DNA of 64,000 bases from Azolla caroliniana (GCA_043228905.1 JBHGNT010000002.1:2666001-2730000); one strand, 5' to 3'; positions 11,291 through 25,239 are shown, counted from the stretch's first letter. Notes: generated by a model from the letters alone, not told the origin. A program made the numbers and translations.

Positions 11291-12077
11291 TGCTACCCCC
11301 TATAGATGCGAAAAACATGCATGAGAACGGCATAAGTTACTGTTACCCGTATGCGTATATAGTGAAGAGAAGTCGAAGGTCGGCTAGAGTATGAAAGGGC
11401 CAAATGGCCGTAAGAAGTTTGAAAGCCGAATCCGGCTATATAAGGTGTGAAACTGGCTACAAGTGTGAATGCCAAAAATATTAATATGCAGAAAATATTA
11501 TTACCGGAAATATGTATAAAGTACAAAATGTAAATAGTAGGAGGTTATAATTGTTAGTTAGGAACGGTTTGTTGAACGACAATGTAACCGCTCTATGCTT
11601 TCCTATATAAAGATGGCATGTATTAATGGAGATATGTACTAATGTAAGCAAAGGATAAGACAAACGATAGATCTAAATAGAGAGGAAAGAGAGAAAGAAG
11701 GGTGCTAATCCACTTGACCACCCTCGAGCGAAGGGATCGAGACGGACTCGAGCCTCGATCAACATCCCACACCACCGTCGTGGCGTCGAGTTGTACCTGG
11801 TGCTGGCGCACTCGTTACAAGAGTTGACCCACCACAAGAACAGAGTCTCGACGTAGTCAAAAGATGATGAAATGAGGGTAGCTAGGCCTCTTATTTATAG
11901 CGATACCCAACGCCCCCAGGCAAGTTCACACTTGGCCTAATGGGTTGTCTCAATCCCGAGGATTAAAAGTAATCCTCCCCTTCTTTACACTCTCGTTTAA
12001 CCCTCACACTTATCCACGTGTATAGAATACTACGGTAAATTCTCACCATAGGATATTATATGGTCATGCCTGTAACA
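11291..12077 (-). mobile_element. Possible solo LTR
   Basis: TG...CA ends (tgcta / gtaaca), minus-strand CTATAAAT near 11895, CpG-richer than the flanks. No TSD found. Confidence 0.38.
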
Positions 12078-12600
12078 TGTATATTGTACAAGAGAGAGAG
12101 GTTTTAATATAGAAATATCTTTTGAGTATATTGTGTCTACTGTATCTGTGTAATTTCATTTTTCGTTCAAAGTTTTAAGGTACTAAGTACAAAGCCGATC
12201 AAACATAAGCAAATCAGACAAAGTTAGTGAATAACTTCTTTGTTTATCAATCTTTTGTTGTAAATTTCCATACCTCCAACCACAATCTTTGGTGAAGGAT
12301 ATATAGTGATTAAGTATCCGACCCGGGATTTACCAAGAGGGTAGAACAGTTACTTACATGGAGTGGAGTCTTGACCTTTTGAGTGGCTAAATTATCAGTA
12401 CATAAGTGCAAGCAATATTCAAGGTCGACATGAATAACCTAAATAAGGAGCTATATTATGCTACTTCTGGTTAGAAATGTTCAATATAATTATGTGTTTC
12501 CACCACACACATAGTACAATCAATGTTTTATCGTCCATGATGAGGCCAAATTTGACTTATGGACCAAATCAACATATCATCTTGCCACATTGAAAGATTT

Positions 12601-12784
12601 AAAGATAGGGCAAAAGTACATCAAAAGGGGCTTGAGACAAGATGAGGCTCACAAGAGGAAAATCATCAAATTCAAGATATATGAAAAGTTAAAAGATAGA
12701 GCAAAACTTAAAAGTACGACAAAAGGGACACAAGACAAGATGAGGCTCACAAGAGGAAAATCATCATATTCAAGATATATGAAT
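12601..12784 (+). repeat. Local direct duplication (~90 bp x2)
   Basis: agacaagatgaggctcacaagaggaaaatcatca..ttcaagatatatgaa occurs twice. Confidence 0.8.
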
Positions 12785-13837
12785 GGTTTTTTCCCTACAA
12801 GAATAGGGATATCCTCACAAGACATAGCTCAATCAAGAGCTTACTCTCAAAACGATAAGGTTGAGGTCTGAGGGTTTGAATCTTATTTAGACGATGAGAG
12901 GCATTTTGTGAACCTCAATGGGTCACACAATCTATAAGCAGCCACAATCAACAAAAAAAGCTCTAGACCATTGCCTGAACAATCCAGTGTGCCAACACTA
13001 CAACCATGTAAATTTGAATTCAAGCAACAATAGAGCTTGGCATCCACCACATGAGCAAAATCAATGGCGGACACAACTATCTCTACCCAAGCTATCAAGA
13101 GAGAATATTGATGAATTGTCTTTGTTATTTTGACATCAATAAGTTATCTTTCATAATTAACATTTTTTATGTTAGGATCAAAATATTACAATAATAATTT
13201 GTTCACATTTAGTTGCTTTCACAAAACTAATATTTCTTGTTACTTGACCAAAAGTATCACCCCTCATCTGTCATCCACTAAAATTTGTTGATTCCAGGAA
13301 TTTAAAAAAGGAAAAGAAAAAATTTAGCTTTTTTGGGAAAAAAAAAACAAGAAATATAAGTATGATATATTTCCTCATCATTTCCAATTATATCTCTCAT
13401 GTTGGCAAAGGAAACTTTCTATAGTGCCTACTTTGTAATTCCTATGATCATCAAATTGTAAGATTCTTAAAGCTTTTAACATTTCAAGCATAAGTATGCA
13501 TTTCATTCTGCATCTTCATAAGCTCATTTGCAATTATCCCAACTTCATAAAAAGTAAAGGAAAAATCAAGATTGGTAGACAAGCCCAACACCAATGAGGA
13601 ACACCTTAGTTAATAACATGAGCACAAAATCAAATTGGAAGAAACAACATTTTAATCAATTCCATGTTGCCAACCGATGATACAAACTATAAAAGTGTCG
13701 ATAAGATGTGAGAATGTGAAAGTGCTAGGAAGGCTTGAGAAGTCGGATGATACAAACTACAAAAGCAATAGGTGTGGATAAGGTTTGAGAATGCCGAAGA
13801 ACACGACAACTACAACTAGTGAGTCATACAAAACATG

Positions 13838-14815
13838 TTATGGTGCATGATGTCTATCATTTGCATTGGAGTGATGGTGATGATAGATGGGGACTCCACT
13901 AGGACGATCAAGAGACCCATGGGAGTTATGATGATAGTGATAGTTAAGGCCATTATAGCTACTAGGGTGGTGGCCACCATACATGACTTCCTTCTTAGAA
14001 CCATGAATAGAGCTTTTATAGCCAACACCACCCCCATCTCCAACACCACCTCCACCTCTTCCACTTGAACAACTACAACTCCCTCCTTTACCAAAGCTAG
14101 AACCCCCTCTTCCATACCCATTGCCTCCGCGACCGAATCCAGAGCCATGCCCACCTCCCCCACAACTTGCCCCTCCACCTTCCCCATACCCTACACCACC
14201 TTCTCCATAACCTCTACCACCTTGGCCATAGCCATTACCACCTTCACCATATCCACTCCCACTTCTACCTTGACCATAGCCACTACCACTTCCACCTTGA
14301 CCATAACCACTACCACCTTCTCCATAACCTCTACCACCTTGACCATATCCACTACCACCTTCTCCATAACCTCTACCACCTTGACCATATCCACTACCAC
14401 CTTCTCCATAACCTCTACCACCTTGACCATAACCACTACCACCTTCTCCATAACCTCTACCACCTTGGCCATAGCCATTACCACCTTCACCATATCCACT
14501 CCCACTTCCACCTTGACCATATCCACTCCCACTACCACTTCCACCTTGACCATGACCACTACCACCTTCTCCATAACCTCTACCACCTTGGTCATAGCCA
14601 CTACCACCATGGCCGTAATAGTCCCTACCATCTTGGCCATAATCCAATGTCTCAACTGCTTCCTTGGTTACATTAGAACTAGTTCCATGAGTGGTTGTAT
14701 TGGGCACAACACCAGCACCATGAATCCCCACTACCCTACCAACAACATACTGCAATACCAATGCATTGGAGCTTAGCAATATGAGTAGAATTTGCATGTG
14801 TAAAAGCTTACTCAT
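13838..14815 (-). CDS. Secreted glycine-rich (cell-wall-type) protein, 325 aa
   Basis: Hydrophobic N-terminal signal peptide, tandem GYGEGG/GYGQGG repeats (14-aa, 42-bp period), His-rich tail, upstream TATA box. Confidence 0.85.
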   Translation of the reverse strand: MSKLLHMQILLILLSSNALVLQYVVGRVVGIHGAGVVPNTTTHGTSSNVTKEAVETLDYGQDGRDYYGHGGSGYDQGGRGYGEGGSGHGQGGSGSGSGYGQGGSGSGYGEGGNGYGQGGRGYGEGGSGYGQGGRGYGEGGSGYGQGGRGYGEGGSGYGQGGRGYGEGGSGYGQGGSGSGYGQGRSGSGYGEGGNGYGQGGRGYGEGGVGYGEGGGASCGGGGHGSGFGRGGNGYGRGGSSFGKGGSCSCSSGRGGGGVGDGGGVGYKSSIHGSKKEVMYGGHHPSSYNGLNYHYHHNSHGSLDRPSGVPIYHHHHSNANDRHHAP

Positions 14816-14854
14816 TGCTTCTTATCTAATATGTCTTCCTTGTAGATGGGTGGG

Positions 14855-14864
14855 TTTTATATAG
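14855..14864 (-). promoter_or_regulatory. TATA box of the glycine-rich protein gene
   Basis: Minus-strand CTATATAAAA about 40 bp upstream of the ATG. Confidence 0.6.
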
Positions 14865-15052
14865 AGCATTCAAAGAAAAAAAAAAGCTACGAAATTATTG
14901 ATCATCATTCTAAGCATTAACAAAAAGAGATTAATTATTACATTTGCTTGCAACTTGAGATGTCTTTCTTTTTCCCTTTTTTAACTTTAGTTTTCCTATC
15001 CCCTAAGGTTGAATCATTATATAATCATAACTGTCATTATAATGTGCCTACA

Positions 15053-15960
15053 TCCCCCCTGAAAAAGAAAATCATCCATCACTAATATTCTAACGTTAAC
15101 ATTGTAAGTGTAGGTATCCAATATTTGGTATGTGACAACTGATTCAACAACAATATGTCCATGAGGCAATACCTATGGAGCCAACTCTATATCTATACCC
15201 CAAACCAACTTCGATCATATGACCAATATATAGACCACAAAGATGTCCCCCACTAATATATAGACCATTTCATAAGCTTATCAAAGGATGAATCATACAA
15301 ATTAGACTATCCTACACGGATGTATAAATGCCCCATTGTGCTCAGGGAGCAATAGAATAGGCCAATCCAGGGTTTTCTCCACCAACCAAAGATTGTATCA
15401 AGGTGAGCATACCTAGACCCAACTGATGTTGCAAGTTATGTGAAGGAGAGGTTGAAAACTTGTAAGCACATGTTATAGAAGTATATGTTATTCACCCAAT
15501 ATGGATACATGCCCCCTTCACCACCACTCACCATTACACATACATCTAGATTATGATGGGTCTTTTAGGAAACTGAGATCATATGGATATAATCATGATT
15601 TCTATCGTGGGCTAGAATTGAATAGTCAAGAAAGGTAAGATACTTTGTAAATTTGAATTGGGAAGCTAGAAGAAGTCTGAGTTTCAAGATGGATACACGA
15701 TATAAAGAGAATGGTTTGGAAGATGGGATGCATTACACTTCTGAAGGCACCAAATACCAAGGATTAGGGATAAGGTAGAGCCATATATTTCAAACATAGC
15801 ATTACATAAATTGCACCATACTACAAAACCATCTCCCCTCTTGCTATGTGCACACCATTCACCCATCCATGGTACATCACATCCCTTGGTTTGCAATCCA
15901 CACCATTTCTGCCATTCCACCTGGCTCTCATTCTCGTTGATATGAGACATTGTATTGTAC
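15053..15960 (-). mobile_element. Highly decayed Copia-like remnant with PPT
   Basis: Minus-strand CAGGGGGA|TGTAGG (PPT/LTR-like junction) and a YRVGS-like RT remnant near 15180. Weak signal. Confidence 0.3.
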
Positions 15961-16909
15961 ACACAACCACGAGACTTGTCAATTATGCATAGTTTTCTGT
16001 AAACAAGATTGTCATATATATAACTTCTTTTATTTTTTCATAAAATTAGTGGGTATACATATTAAAACATGGCAATACACAAGACCCTTGCAACCCTTGC
16101 TAGAATAATGAGGATCTTATGGAACGGTAAACAGGTTGAAGGAATCGCTAAGAGTAAATGATAGTAAGTCGACTCCTGAAAAATGACATTGTTGGAGAAC
16201 AACATGGTGATAACGATGGTGGTGCAAGATGGCAAGAAGAATAGATAATATAGCAAAAATGATAAGAGGATGTTCAAATTCCCTACTTTCTAAGAACTTG
16301 CTCGGGCATTACATCGTTCATTTGAATATGGTCCAATCATGCATTTTAGTACACCATTAAATTTAAGGCATATTACCAAGTGTGTGACACCAACTTTCAT
16401 TGAAATTAAGACAGCTTTGAAAAATAAAACCTCACCTACTAACATGATATATGTCTTGTAATGATACACATGTATTACATATGATAACATGATGTGCTTT
16501 TTGCAGTGATACACTAATACATATCTTTTATATATGGTAATTTTTACCATAAGCTAGCAATATCTTTTCCAATCAATATATTAGTTACGTAGCTAGGCAA
16601 GGTGCATGGAATGCATTGGTGCAACATGAATTACAGCAAAGAAAGATCATTGAATGGAAAGATAACATGGAGAAATGTATCAAAAACGAAAAGACCCCAC
16701 ATGCATGGAAGAACGCATTGATTTTCTTAGATTTCCAGAATTTTCTTGTTTTAACTCAATTGGGATTGTCACAAGTTGATTAATAGATGTAAAAGCTTCA
16801 TTTAGGTTGTTCAAAGATTTATTGCACCAAACATCTAACATTACCCTACTAAAGTAAACAACACTTAATATTACAAGCAATATTAATATTGGTATCATAG
16901 TCAGCATTG

Positions 16910-17107
16910 CGACTATTTATTGACAGAATTAATATTGCAACCAGAGGAAAACCAAACAGAGCTTGTTTTGTGCAATCAAGATGGTGAGGTTAATGGCCAC
17001 TCCAAACTATTTAGACGACTATTTATTGACAGAACTAACATTACAACCAGAGGAAAACCAAATAGAGCTTGTTTTGTGCAATCAAGATGGTGAGGTTAAT
17101 GGCCACA
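16910..17107 (+). repeat. Tandem duplication, 107-bp period
   Basis: gactatttattgacagaa...atggtgaggttaatggccac at 16910 and 17017. Confidence 0.88.
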
Positions 17108-18112
17108 ATATTTAGACAAGGCATCATCAAAGAACTACAAAAAGAGAGCCAATTACATTATTGGGAACTAAAAAAATCACTAGGAAGTAGTTTTGCATTA
17201 GGTATAAGCACCAACCATGATGTACTCATACTAGAAAAACTTTACACATGCAAATGAGATGCTGAAGCTTGGGAAACCTTACAAATAGTTGCAGCTCCTA
17301 AGAAGTTCAATCAGGTAATTCCATTTATTGTGAGGTGACAATCACAAGATGGGCTATAAAGAAACCCCAAGACCAGCTCATGCAGCAGAGTTGCAAGAAA
17401 TACAAATAGAACCAGGCCCAAGGTTCCGGTGACTCTTATAGTCCAAGTAAAACAATAATATGTTCCTTTGCTTATTAAATAGACTAAGCAAGAGGGATTC
17501 AAACCCTTGGTAAACAAGAGTGTATATAGCATTTCCAGAGCTACCTTTTAAACTGCTCGCTAACCCTTACTCAGTGGCACTTTTTGAATCAAATTGAATT
17601 GAATGAAAGCTGGTGAAGTGGCGCACATCAATTAAGTAACAGCATAAAGACTTTAAGCAGCAGTACAGGGGCAAAGCAGAGCTCCTCTTAAGACAGATGA
17701 ACCACATATCACGTTTTTTCATACGATTGTGACAGTACAAAAGTATGTACATCAGGATGTGCAAGGAATTTAGGGACTTACAAACCTTGGAACACTTACT
17801 AAATTCTGAGGATAAAAGGAATGCTTACTGCATGTCAATAATTAACAGGACAAGCTCAACATCTACCAGATCTTGACATTCACAGGATATTCACCTACTT
17901 CCAATATAAAATAAAGAGAACCAAAACATTTTTAGTTAATTACTGTAAGCACGATGGTAACAAAAGACTAACTTCAGTAGAGAGTTTGGCATCTACATAA
18001 AATCCAGGCCCTCGTTACCATACCATATAGCTCCTATTTTCCTTGAACACACTCATCACTACATTATAAGGTTTCTATTTGCTCGGGTTATTCTCTCTAT
18101 ACACTTACTCGA

Positions 18113-21100
18113 TTAGTTGGCCTTTGGAGTTGCTTCATCCCGTAGCCTTTTGAATTCTTCCATTAATTTTGCCATATCATTCTCAAACTTTCTCTCAATA
18201 TTAAGTAGTTGTTCATATCCATTTCGTGCGCATTCCATTTTCTTAAGATGATATTGTGCCTTAAGCTCTCTTTTCTTAAGCTCGCAGGCTTCACGGTGAC
18301 GCAGATTCAACTCAAGCATATCTATTTGCTCTTCTATTGCCTCCTTCATCCTATAAAAACAAATATCATTATCAGCTAAGCAATTATAAATCAATGCATA
18401 AACATAGGACTTTAAAATATATCCAGACACAAAAAGGTTAAAACCTAAATAATTGAACCATCATAAATCACTATGGCATACAATTACACAAGTCTCAACT
18501 TGAGTTATGTATCATGTATGTTTATGAAGGATGATGAAGGACGATGACTAACATTGATAAAATATTATCAATCATTAATCAATGATTATATATACATGCG
18601 TGAATGACTGCTGACCTAGCAAAACTCAAGATGACAACACAACTCTTGCTACTACACCAGACTTTCAATTGTACCAGATTAACCAAAACAACAAATATTA
18701 CAATTCATATTCTTAGTATTACTATTAAAGAGCAATGCCAATCATACAGCCTTCTTACATAGACCTAATGTGCGTGATGTAAGTCCTCCGATGAATATAA
18801 ACCATAATAAAATTTCATTACAATAAGGCCTATTTATTACTCATACTAGTACTCAAACAAACTCATCCAAACAAATACCCTTCCTTATATTACATCGAAG
18901 GTGATAAAATCATAACATCCTTCGAACTATGCATATAAAGATAAATAAGAATGCAATGGGTTCGAATAATTATGCAATACTTCGCCTGTTTTGGCTCTTG
19001 CTTTTCATCCTCCAGAATTTTATTTAATTGTTCACAGTGCTCCATCCGCCCGAGCTTGAACTCTTCTTGCTCTTCTTGCTCTTCTTGTTCACTCCTAGCA
19101 ACCTTGGTTTGCAATTGCTTTATCCTTTCTCGGTATGTCTGCTCCATGTCATCCATCTGCAGAAAAACAAATAGTTTTGTTTCATAAAACAAACATTCAT
19201 ATAATTTCAATTATATAGAGGATAGAAGAATTAAGCATATCATTGTACATCATAATGAAATAGATAGTTAAAAGGTGGAAGAATAAGCAATCTTACCTCT
19301 CTCTCCTTTTGTTCATCTTGCTCCTTGTACTTTTTCCTTAACTCAGCAATTTCAATCTCCCTCATTTCCAATACCTTAGTAAATTTACTTACAGATCTTT
19401 CCAATGTTCTGCTAAGCTGCTGCTGCTTCTCTGTCTTAGCTTTGTAATAGTGAAGACGTTGATTTTGCTCATTCATTTTGTTCATTGGCTCTACAACAGC
19501 TGCTTGATATTTCTTGATTTCCCATTTCAGCTTGAGTTTACCTTAAACAATAGCTCAACCAATGAGTTTCAATATCAACAAACTACGCAGTACCAAATTA
19601 ATCCCCACAAGTTAACAACCATATGTAGTTTGATTCTTTACGTACACCAGCTATAGACAATAACAATAAAAAATAGTAGTGGCCTGTTTATGAGAAAATG
19701 GCAATTTCTCAAGAACTTTTGTTGTTTACCAAGTTTTTGAAAGGTCTGGTCAGTTTTACAACAAAAGAAGTGAGCTGTAATATTTACCAAAGCATAAGCT
19801 ACTTTCTATGAAGAATTTGATTTAATCAGACATTTATTATATACTTAAGTTGCTCCAGACCTCCAAACTTTTATAATTTCTTATAATCCATAGTCCTTCT
19901 CTTCAACCCTGATGACAACCTTCATCACAGACTACAGATTATTCACCTGAACAATGTCTGTTGAACATCTCCATATCTTCAGCAGTTGCCATATATCCAT
20001 ACAAGATCCTATCACCACCTGGTTCAAATACTTTCTTCCCAGGGTTTTCCCAGTTGCGTTTTCCTCTTTGCGAGTTCCAAAATTTTTTGGCAAGCCGGTC
20101 AGCATTGAAATATCCAGTCGGTGACTCTGCAAATATCACCAAACTCATTCCACGATGGCCCTGTGGACCATATGAGTGCTTCGCCTTCAGTGGACTATAG
20201 TCCTGGAACAAGTCTAGCAGCTCCTTGTTCCCCATTCCAATCCACTACATTTCGAAATCAACTTATTAGTAAAAGCCAATAATAGTGAACTGATTCTTGA
20301 TCGTACTTGCATCAACTGACAATGAATCCCTTAAAATATCATGTTACAAACTGCATAATGCAAAGCATTTTCTTACACGTCAGAAATCATTTGTGGTTCA
20401 TGCTCATACAAATAATGGCAAGGCACCGTTAAATCAATGTCCATAGAAGTTATTACAGAAACACTATGAGCACCATGCCATCTCCATAGATGAGGCATTA
20501 ATAATCTCACTCCAGTTACGCCAATAGTTATGGGCAATACATATCAAACATGTGCCCACATCAAACCAACATATACTAATGTTTCAATTGTGTCACAACT
20601 CATACCTTAAAGAGAATTACACAAAAGATTACATCTCAACCTAAACGGAACTTTAAAATAACTAGATACAGAACCCTATTGCTAGCTTACAACTAGCTTC
20701 TTGCTATACTAACGAGATGCCAGGACTGCAGCTCTGATACTGCTTTCCTTATATGTTAAATCAGTAGAAGAATATTTAAGATTTATATGGTTTTTAATCA
20801 GTCAAACTACAGTTAGATAGCTAATAAAATAATGCCTAAAATAAATATCTAGGAATATGCACCTTCTCTTGATCATCCTTATGAAGTTGAGTATTTTGTA
20901 TAACCACCATCGGAGGCCAGACAACATTCTGATCTTGCAATGCATCATCATGTTGCAAACCTCGCCATTTTCCAAATATCGTTTCAGAACCCCTAGTTCC
21001 CATTTTGCGCACTTCCAATTCTTCTTCCAAAATTTCCGCAAATTTTCTATGGAGGGTAGCCCGTGTTTGACGTGTTTTTGCATGATTAATTAGAGGCTGT

Positions 21101-23485
21101 AAGCCCCTATAAAATTGAATGGCCCCCACACCACTTTGGCAAGCAGGACAATGCCACTCACGTTCGTGCTCTAAAATCTGCTCATTACTGAATTCATCTA
21201 ATGTTTGGAAAAAACTGCGAAAACACTTCTTCTGTTTTCTAGTATCAAGACTTTTGACACTTGCATCAGAATCAGATAGGTCACTTCCTATGTAGTCACT
21301 GTCATCCTCCAAATCCCTGACTGAACATTCACTATCAGAATCAGCAGGAAAAGGAATCTCAGCAATGTCTATGGGTGGATAAGACTTCACTAGCTCTGTC
21401 CTTGAGGTGCCTGTTGTCATATTTCTTCCAACTTCTGCAACTCTTAGATGTGATGCAGTTTCAGAGGGCAAAAGCTTTGAAAGGATGTTTGACCCACTAC
21501 ATTGAATGTTGTTTTCCGCTGCCCTTGGCCATGATGGTGTCATGTGATTGGTTTCACAGAGCTTATCGTGATTTCCTGCTGTATTCACTCTTGCTACCTG
21601 AGCTGGTACCCGGAGTTGAACCTGGTTTTCTGCTATGTTTCCTCTTACTACATGAGCTGGTGGGTTCCACTGCCTTCCATTAACCTGGTAAACGTTGAAT
21701 TCTAGAAGTATTAGCATCATACGCCTAGATAAAGAATAACAAAAGAATCCTTAAAAGAGTTTCATTACAAATGAAAAAAACCCACCAAGTCCACTTTCAT
21801 AACAAATATATGTCAAAAATAATTAAAAATCCATGGAGACCTAATATTCTCCTTGTGTACTAGTACTGAAAAGGTTGAAAGTTGTGGACAAGTCCCTTAC
21901 CCAACCTAGCTTGTAAACAACCAGATAGAGGCAGGAGCAATATGTATATTCTATTTTAAGGTTCATATGTATGGCTATTTATGACAAAGAACCAATTTAT
22001 TAATAGAAATTTTGCTGTGACAAAATCCTGACATGAAAGAGGCAATACACAATACGCAGAGTGCGGTATTATAAATTTGTATGGGATACTTGAGTGCTAC
22101 TCTGCCAAAGAAACATGCTAATTAGTGACACTATGAGACACTATGAACGTCTCAGCACAATAATTGAAAAAATGATAGATCTGTCCTGAAATCGCTTAAT
22201 GAAACCAGAAAGATGGAATTAATTGATATCAATCAAATTCTGCAATACGTTGGCTACACTTACCTATTTCCAATTACTTGATGTCAATTGGCTACATTAT
22301 CTATTTCCAAACCATGATACTATGGATTTTGCGATTAAAAATGCAAACAAGAAGCCATCATCCAGGGACTACCTGAGAACGAAAAACTTACATGATGTGA
22401 ACCATGAAAGAAGAAGAGAAAATAAGGGTATGCTCTGTACGAAATTGATATATGAAGATAATTTTGGAATGGGAGAAAAAGAAAGCTAACATTTTATGGA
22501 TCAACAGGGAAGACGGGAACAAAAGCTTACATTTTGCAGATAATCATGGCAGGAGAAAAGCTGAACTAGTCAAAGAAATCAGAGAGGAAATCAGAATTGT
22601 TTAAAAATAAAAACTTACGTTTTCTGAACCATCAAGATGGTATGTATAGCTTCTTGGCTTCAGAGGAAGAAATGTTTGTCTGTTTCCATCATGCCCAGGG
22701 GCAGGCTGTGCAGAGATCATACCAGCACCAGATCTAGAAGCTGAACCATTGTTCACTGGAGGCAACAATTCGTTTGATTGATGATTTCTCGATTTACGAG
22801 AGCTTGACATCCGCCATCCATCATCATTAACATCATTATTCTGATGTCCATTACTCACATATAAGCTCTGAGAATTCATTGTTTTTACAGAAACCAAAGT
22901 AGGACCGGTTCTAGAAGCTGAATTATTGTTAAGTGGAGGCAAGGATTGGTTTGATTGATGATTCCTCAATTTACGAGAGCTTGACATCTGCCCTTCATCA
23001 TCATTCTGATATGCATTATTCACAAGAACGCTCTGAGAACTCACTGATTCCACTGAAACATAAAGACTTTCAGAGCCAGTTTTAATGTCATCAGACATCT
23101 GCTGAACATCTATCATCTCTCTTTCATTTTTAAATGTGTGAAGGTGGCCGTTTGAAGCCAGGTGAGACATCCCAAGAGCATTACCACTAGTCACAGCTGC
23201 TCCTATCCTCTCTCTTTCATATTTCACATTAGATTCAACTGCAATCTCGGGCTTACTTCCGCCTTTGTTGTTGCGTTTCTTCTTCTTTTTCTTGTTCTTC
23301 CTTGGCTTCAAAGGTCCACCTGGATACACAGGAATACCTAATGTAGTATTCTCAACCGTAGCAATCTCTTCTTCTGCTGCTGCTTCTTCTTCTTCTTCTT
23401 CTTCTACTTCACTGGCCCAAGAATGCTTCTTATCATCAATAGCAAGTGCTGATCCATCACCGTTTGATAATGATCTATCAGCCAT
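18113..23485 (-). CDS. SGS3: SUPPRESSOR OF GENE SILENCING 3-like; exons 23485-22619, 21684-20863, 20244-19947, 19541-19297, 19156-18981, 18350-18113
   Basis: zf-XS WHCPACQSGVGAIQFYRGLQPLINHAKT, XS domain VVWPPMVVIQNT / WIGMGNKELL / HSYGPQGHRGMS, C-terminal coiled coil. GT-AG introns have compatible phases. A probable 5'UTR exon lies near 24016-24130. Confidence 0.93.
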
Positions 23486-24245
23486 TGCTTTTCTCTTGTT
23501 CGAAATATCGTAGAATCTTTCGATCAGAAATGCCTTACTCAGGTCAAATCTCTCGGAAATGTAGATGGGAATGGAAATGTAAATGGAGATGGAAATGAAG
23601 AAACAGAATAAATTTATCTCAGACACCTCGGAAACAAACTTTAGAAGAAGAAGAACCTCTAACCACTGGACTTATAACACCTAGCAAAAGCAGAATAAAC
23701 TGTTTAGTCAGGATAAACGCTCTCAAGCAAAACTAAAAAACAGAAAAAACTACCTACGAAAAGCAGAATGAGACGGTTCACTCAAGAGAAACGCTTGCAG
23801 GAATGGATACAGCAAACAGGAGAGGAAATGCACCTAGTCAGATGAATTTTGCAATCATAAAAGAAGCGGTGTTTACACGGTCTGATTTCGGAGATGGAAA
23901 CCGCAAGAACAGCAACATAATGCACCTATTCAGCTGGGTTTTAGGAAACACGAAAGACACTCCAGAAGGGACTCTATCAGATATGCGATCTGAAAGAAGA
24001 GAAAAAGATGTGTACCTGAGCAGCTAAATCCCGAGGAAGCCATGGAAGCTCGAATCCTGAGAGACAGACAGAGACAGAGACAGAGACAGAGAGAGGCAAA
24101 ACCCGCCAATGGCTCAGTGGCGACGGAGGAAGGAGGAAGCGGTGTGTCTGTCCGGTTTCACACCTGGGCGGACACTTGCCTCCCAAACCAATGTCTCGGT
24201 GATACTGTATACATATGTAGTTGTCTGCTCAGCTTCTCGAATCAA

Positions 24246-24410
24246 TGACACGTGTGTATCACTTCGATCATGATGGCAAACAAACAGACAAGAGAAGTCG
24301 AAGATCAATTCGATGACACGTGTGTATCGATTTTATCACAATCGCAAACAAACTGAGAGAAGTCGAAGATCAATTCGATGACACATGTGTATCAATTTGA
24401 TCACAATGGC
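24246..24410. promoter_or_regulatory. 2.5 copies of a ~66-bp repeat carrying G-box/ABRE-like sites upstream of SGS3
   Basis: TGACACGTGTG at 24246 and 24314, TGACACATGTG at 24379. Confidence 0.6.
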
Positions 24411-24761
24411 ATGTGTATGTCTATGTGTTTGTCCCTGTCTATGGTGTTTGTGTCCGTGTCTCTTTGTGTATGTGTCTGTGTCTATGTGTGCACCATTTCG
24501 TGGCATAGTTGGTAATGTCATAGAATGCACTGTGTCGATGCAACCCATGCGCCTGAAGTTAGTTACAAATGTAACTCAATCTCATCTATCTTTCATTCGT
24601 CATGTACCAATGGAAGTGAGAGCTATGACATCATGCTTGTTGCGAAGTGGCGTGTGCAGATGGACCAAAAGAAACATGGGAATTCAAGTTTACGATAGGT
24701 TAAGGGTTTGCGTAGTGACGAGTTCGAAGGATGTACATAAAACTCAAGCCAACCGTAGAAG

Positions 24762-25239
24762 TAGCAATGGGCACGGTTCAGTTCGGTTTCTTTGCCTTCA
24801 ACCCAAACCGAACTAAACCAAACCAATTGAATAAAACAAAAACCAAACCAAACCTTTTATGAACTCTCAAGCAATTTAAATCCAACCCATTTAGGGAAAA
24901 GTTGAAACCAAATTGAGCCATTTAATAAAAAATTTAAACCTAACCATTTAAGTCAAATTAATTAAAAATCTAAATAAACAAAATTACACTAAATTAAATA
25001 AGCATTTAAGTTAAATTGATTAAATCAATAAAAAACCATTAAATTAATAAGCTATTAAGATGGAAACAAAAGTTAACCAAAAACCAATAAACTTGTAAAC
25101 CAAACCATTTAAACCTATAAATCGATAAACTCAAGTTTTAGAACCAAACCGAACCGACACCCATTTATAAAATATCCAAACCATTAAACCATCGCTTAAC
25201 GGTTCAATTCGATTTGAGCCAAAATTGTGCCCATTGCTA
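24762..25239. mobile_element. hAT-like MITE
   Basis: TIR TAGCAATGGGCAC / GTGCCCATTGCTA; 8-bp TSD cgtagaag / cattgaag (6/8); AACCG repeats. Confidence 0.88.

Noticed and set aside
14147-14776. Thr-rich, His-rich and Val/Met-rich ORFs overlapping the glycine-rich gene
   Set aside because: Shadow frames of a stop-free repeat; only the Gly-rich frame has a signal peptide and TATA box.
18981-18990. Possible GC-AG donor in SGS3 exon 5
   Set aside because: A GT donor 5 nt further on gives the correct phase for the last exon.
23486-23626. Upstream extension of the SGS3 ORF in the ORF track
   Set aside because: It starts at a non-ATG codon in leader or intron-like sequence; the ATG at 23485 in GCAATGGC context is preferred.
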